Shown: piece after piece, positions 63,758 to 64,000 of the stretch
Layout: every line of letters starts with the position of its first letter
How positions within the stretch are numbered: position 1 is the first letter of the stretch
IMG/VR virus record: IMGVR_UViG_3300032365_000024
Location: 8,350-72,349 of that record
Reading direction: 5' to 3' (one strand)
Source: a virus
Taxonomy: Duplodnaviria > Caudoviricetes
Length of the DNA stretch: 64,000 bases
Position numbers and translations under genes: made by a program
Notes under the pieces: model-generated
What the model was told of the DNA's origin: nothing
Database searches by the model: none
Seen by the model: the letters and a program-made list of their open reading frames with translations, nothing else

Positions 63758-64000
63758 TCAGCTACAGCCGGTGCTATTTCCACATCCAGGACATAGATAA
63801 CAAGAACCATTACGTTGAGTAATTGTACCGCAACCTTGACATGGTGGAGCATCTAAACTTCTACGAATTTCAGTTTCTTCACAATCAGGAGGAGCAGTAG
63901 AATATCCATTCTTTGACATACCAACTTGTATATCTTTATATTCATGCATTTTCTCAAGTTTCTCAGCTAAACCAGAATATTCACCATCATAATAATGCAC
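63758..64000 (-). CDS. nrdJ: C-terminus of class II (B12-dependent) ribonucleotide reductase (partial; runs off the window)
   Basis: Terminal DAPPCxxCG....RNGSCY.CxxCG..TGCS Zn-ribbon typical of NrdJ C-termini; only 80 aa are visible. Confidence 0.7.
   Translation of the reverse strand: MHYYDGEYSGLAEKLEKMHEYKDIQVGMSKNGYSTAPPDCEETEIRRSLDAPPCQGCGTITQRNGSCYLCPGCGNSTGCS

Noticed and set aside
1-64000. Stop-codon reassignment (alternative genetic code)
   Set aside because: Conserved genes are full-length and densely packed under the standard code; apparent breaks are explained by a gene split or a frameshift.

Overview
The window is 64 kb of a large, AT-rich tailed-phage (Caudoviricetes) genome, almost all on the minus strand. 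It holds no rRNA, tRNA or CRISPR array that I can support. Reading right to left there are three blocks. (1) Nucleotide and repair block (about 57.8-64 kb): 3' end of a class II ribonucleotide reductase, an HNH-AP2 endonuclease, RtcB, and an NAD-dependent DNA ligase split into two divergently oriented genes. (2) Replication, recombination and transcription block (about 39.3-57.8 kb): RecD2 with two inteins, a vWA protein, SbcD, a PD-(D/E)XK nuclease, a beta-clamp, an SbcC C-terminal half, primase, DnaX, NusG, a 5'-3' exonuclease and a twin-sigma4 protein. (3) An extended head and virion block (about 0.1-39.3 kb): TerL with two inteins, portal with two inteins, prohead protease with one intein, scaffold-like and acidic/Q-rich proteins, decoration protein, major capsid protein, a LAGLIDADG-methyltransferase fusion, a collagen-like fibre and an amidase. 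Seven inteins occupy 9,414 nt. The most notable unexplained patterns are a recurrent [K/R]-x-A-[A/S] motif across head proteins (candidate maturation sites), a portable ~40-aa helical tag on three unrelated proteins, a promoter-operator-5' hairpin next to phage NusG and twin-sigma4 genes, a structured leader before the decoration/capsid genes, and a split between apparently leaderless (G-TAnnnT-N5-7-ATG) enzyme genes and SD-led virion genes. All annotations come from motif recognition by eye; no database search or folding program was run.
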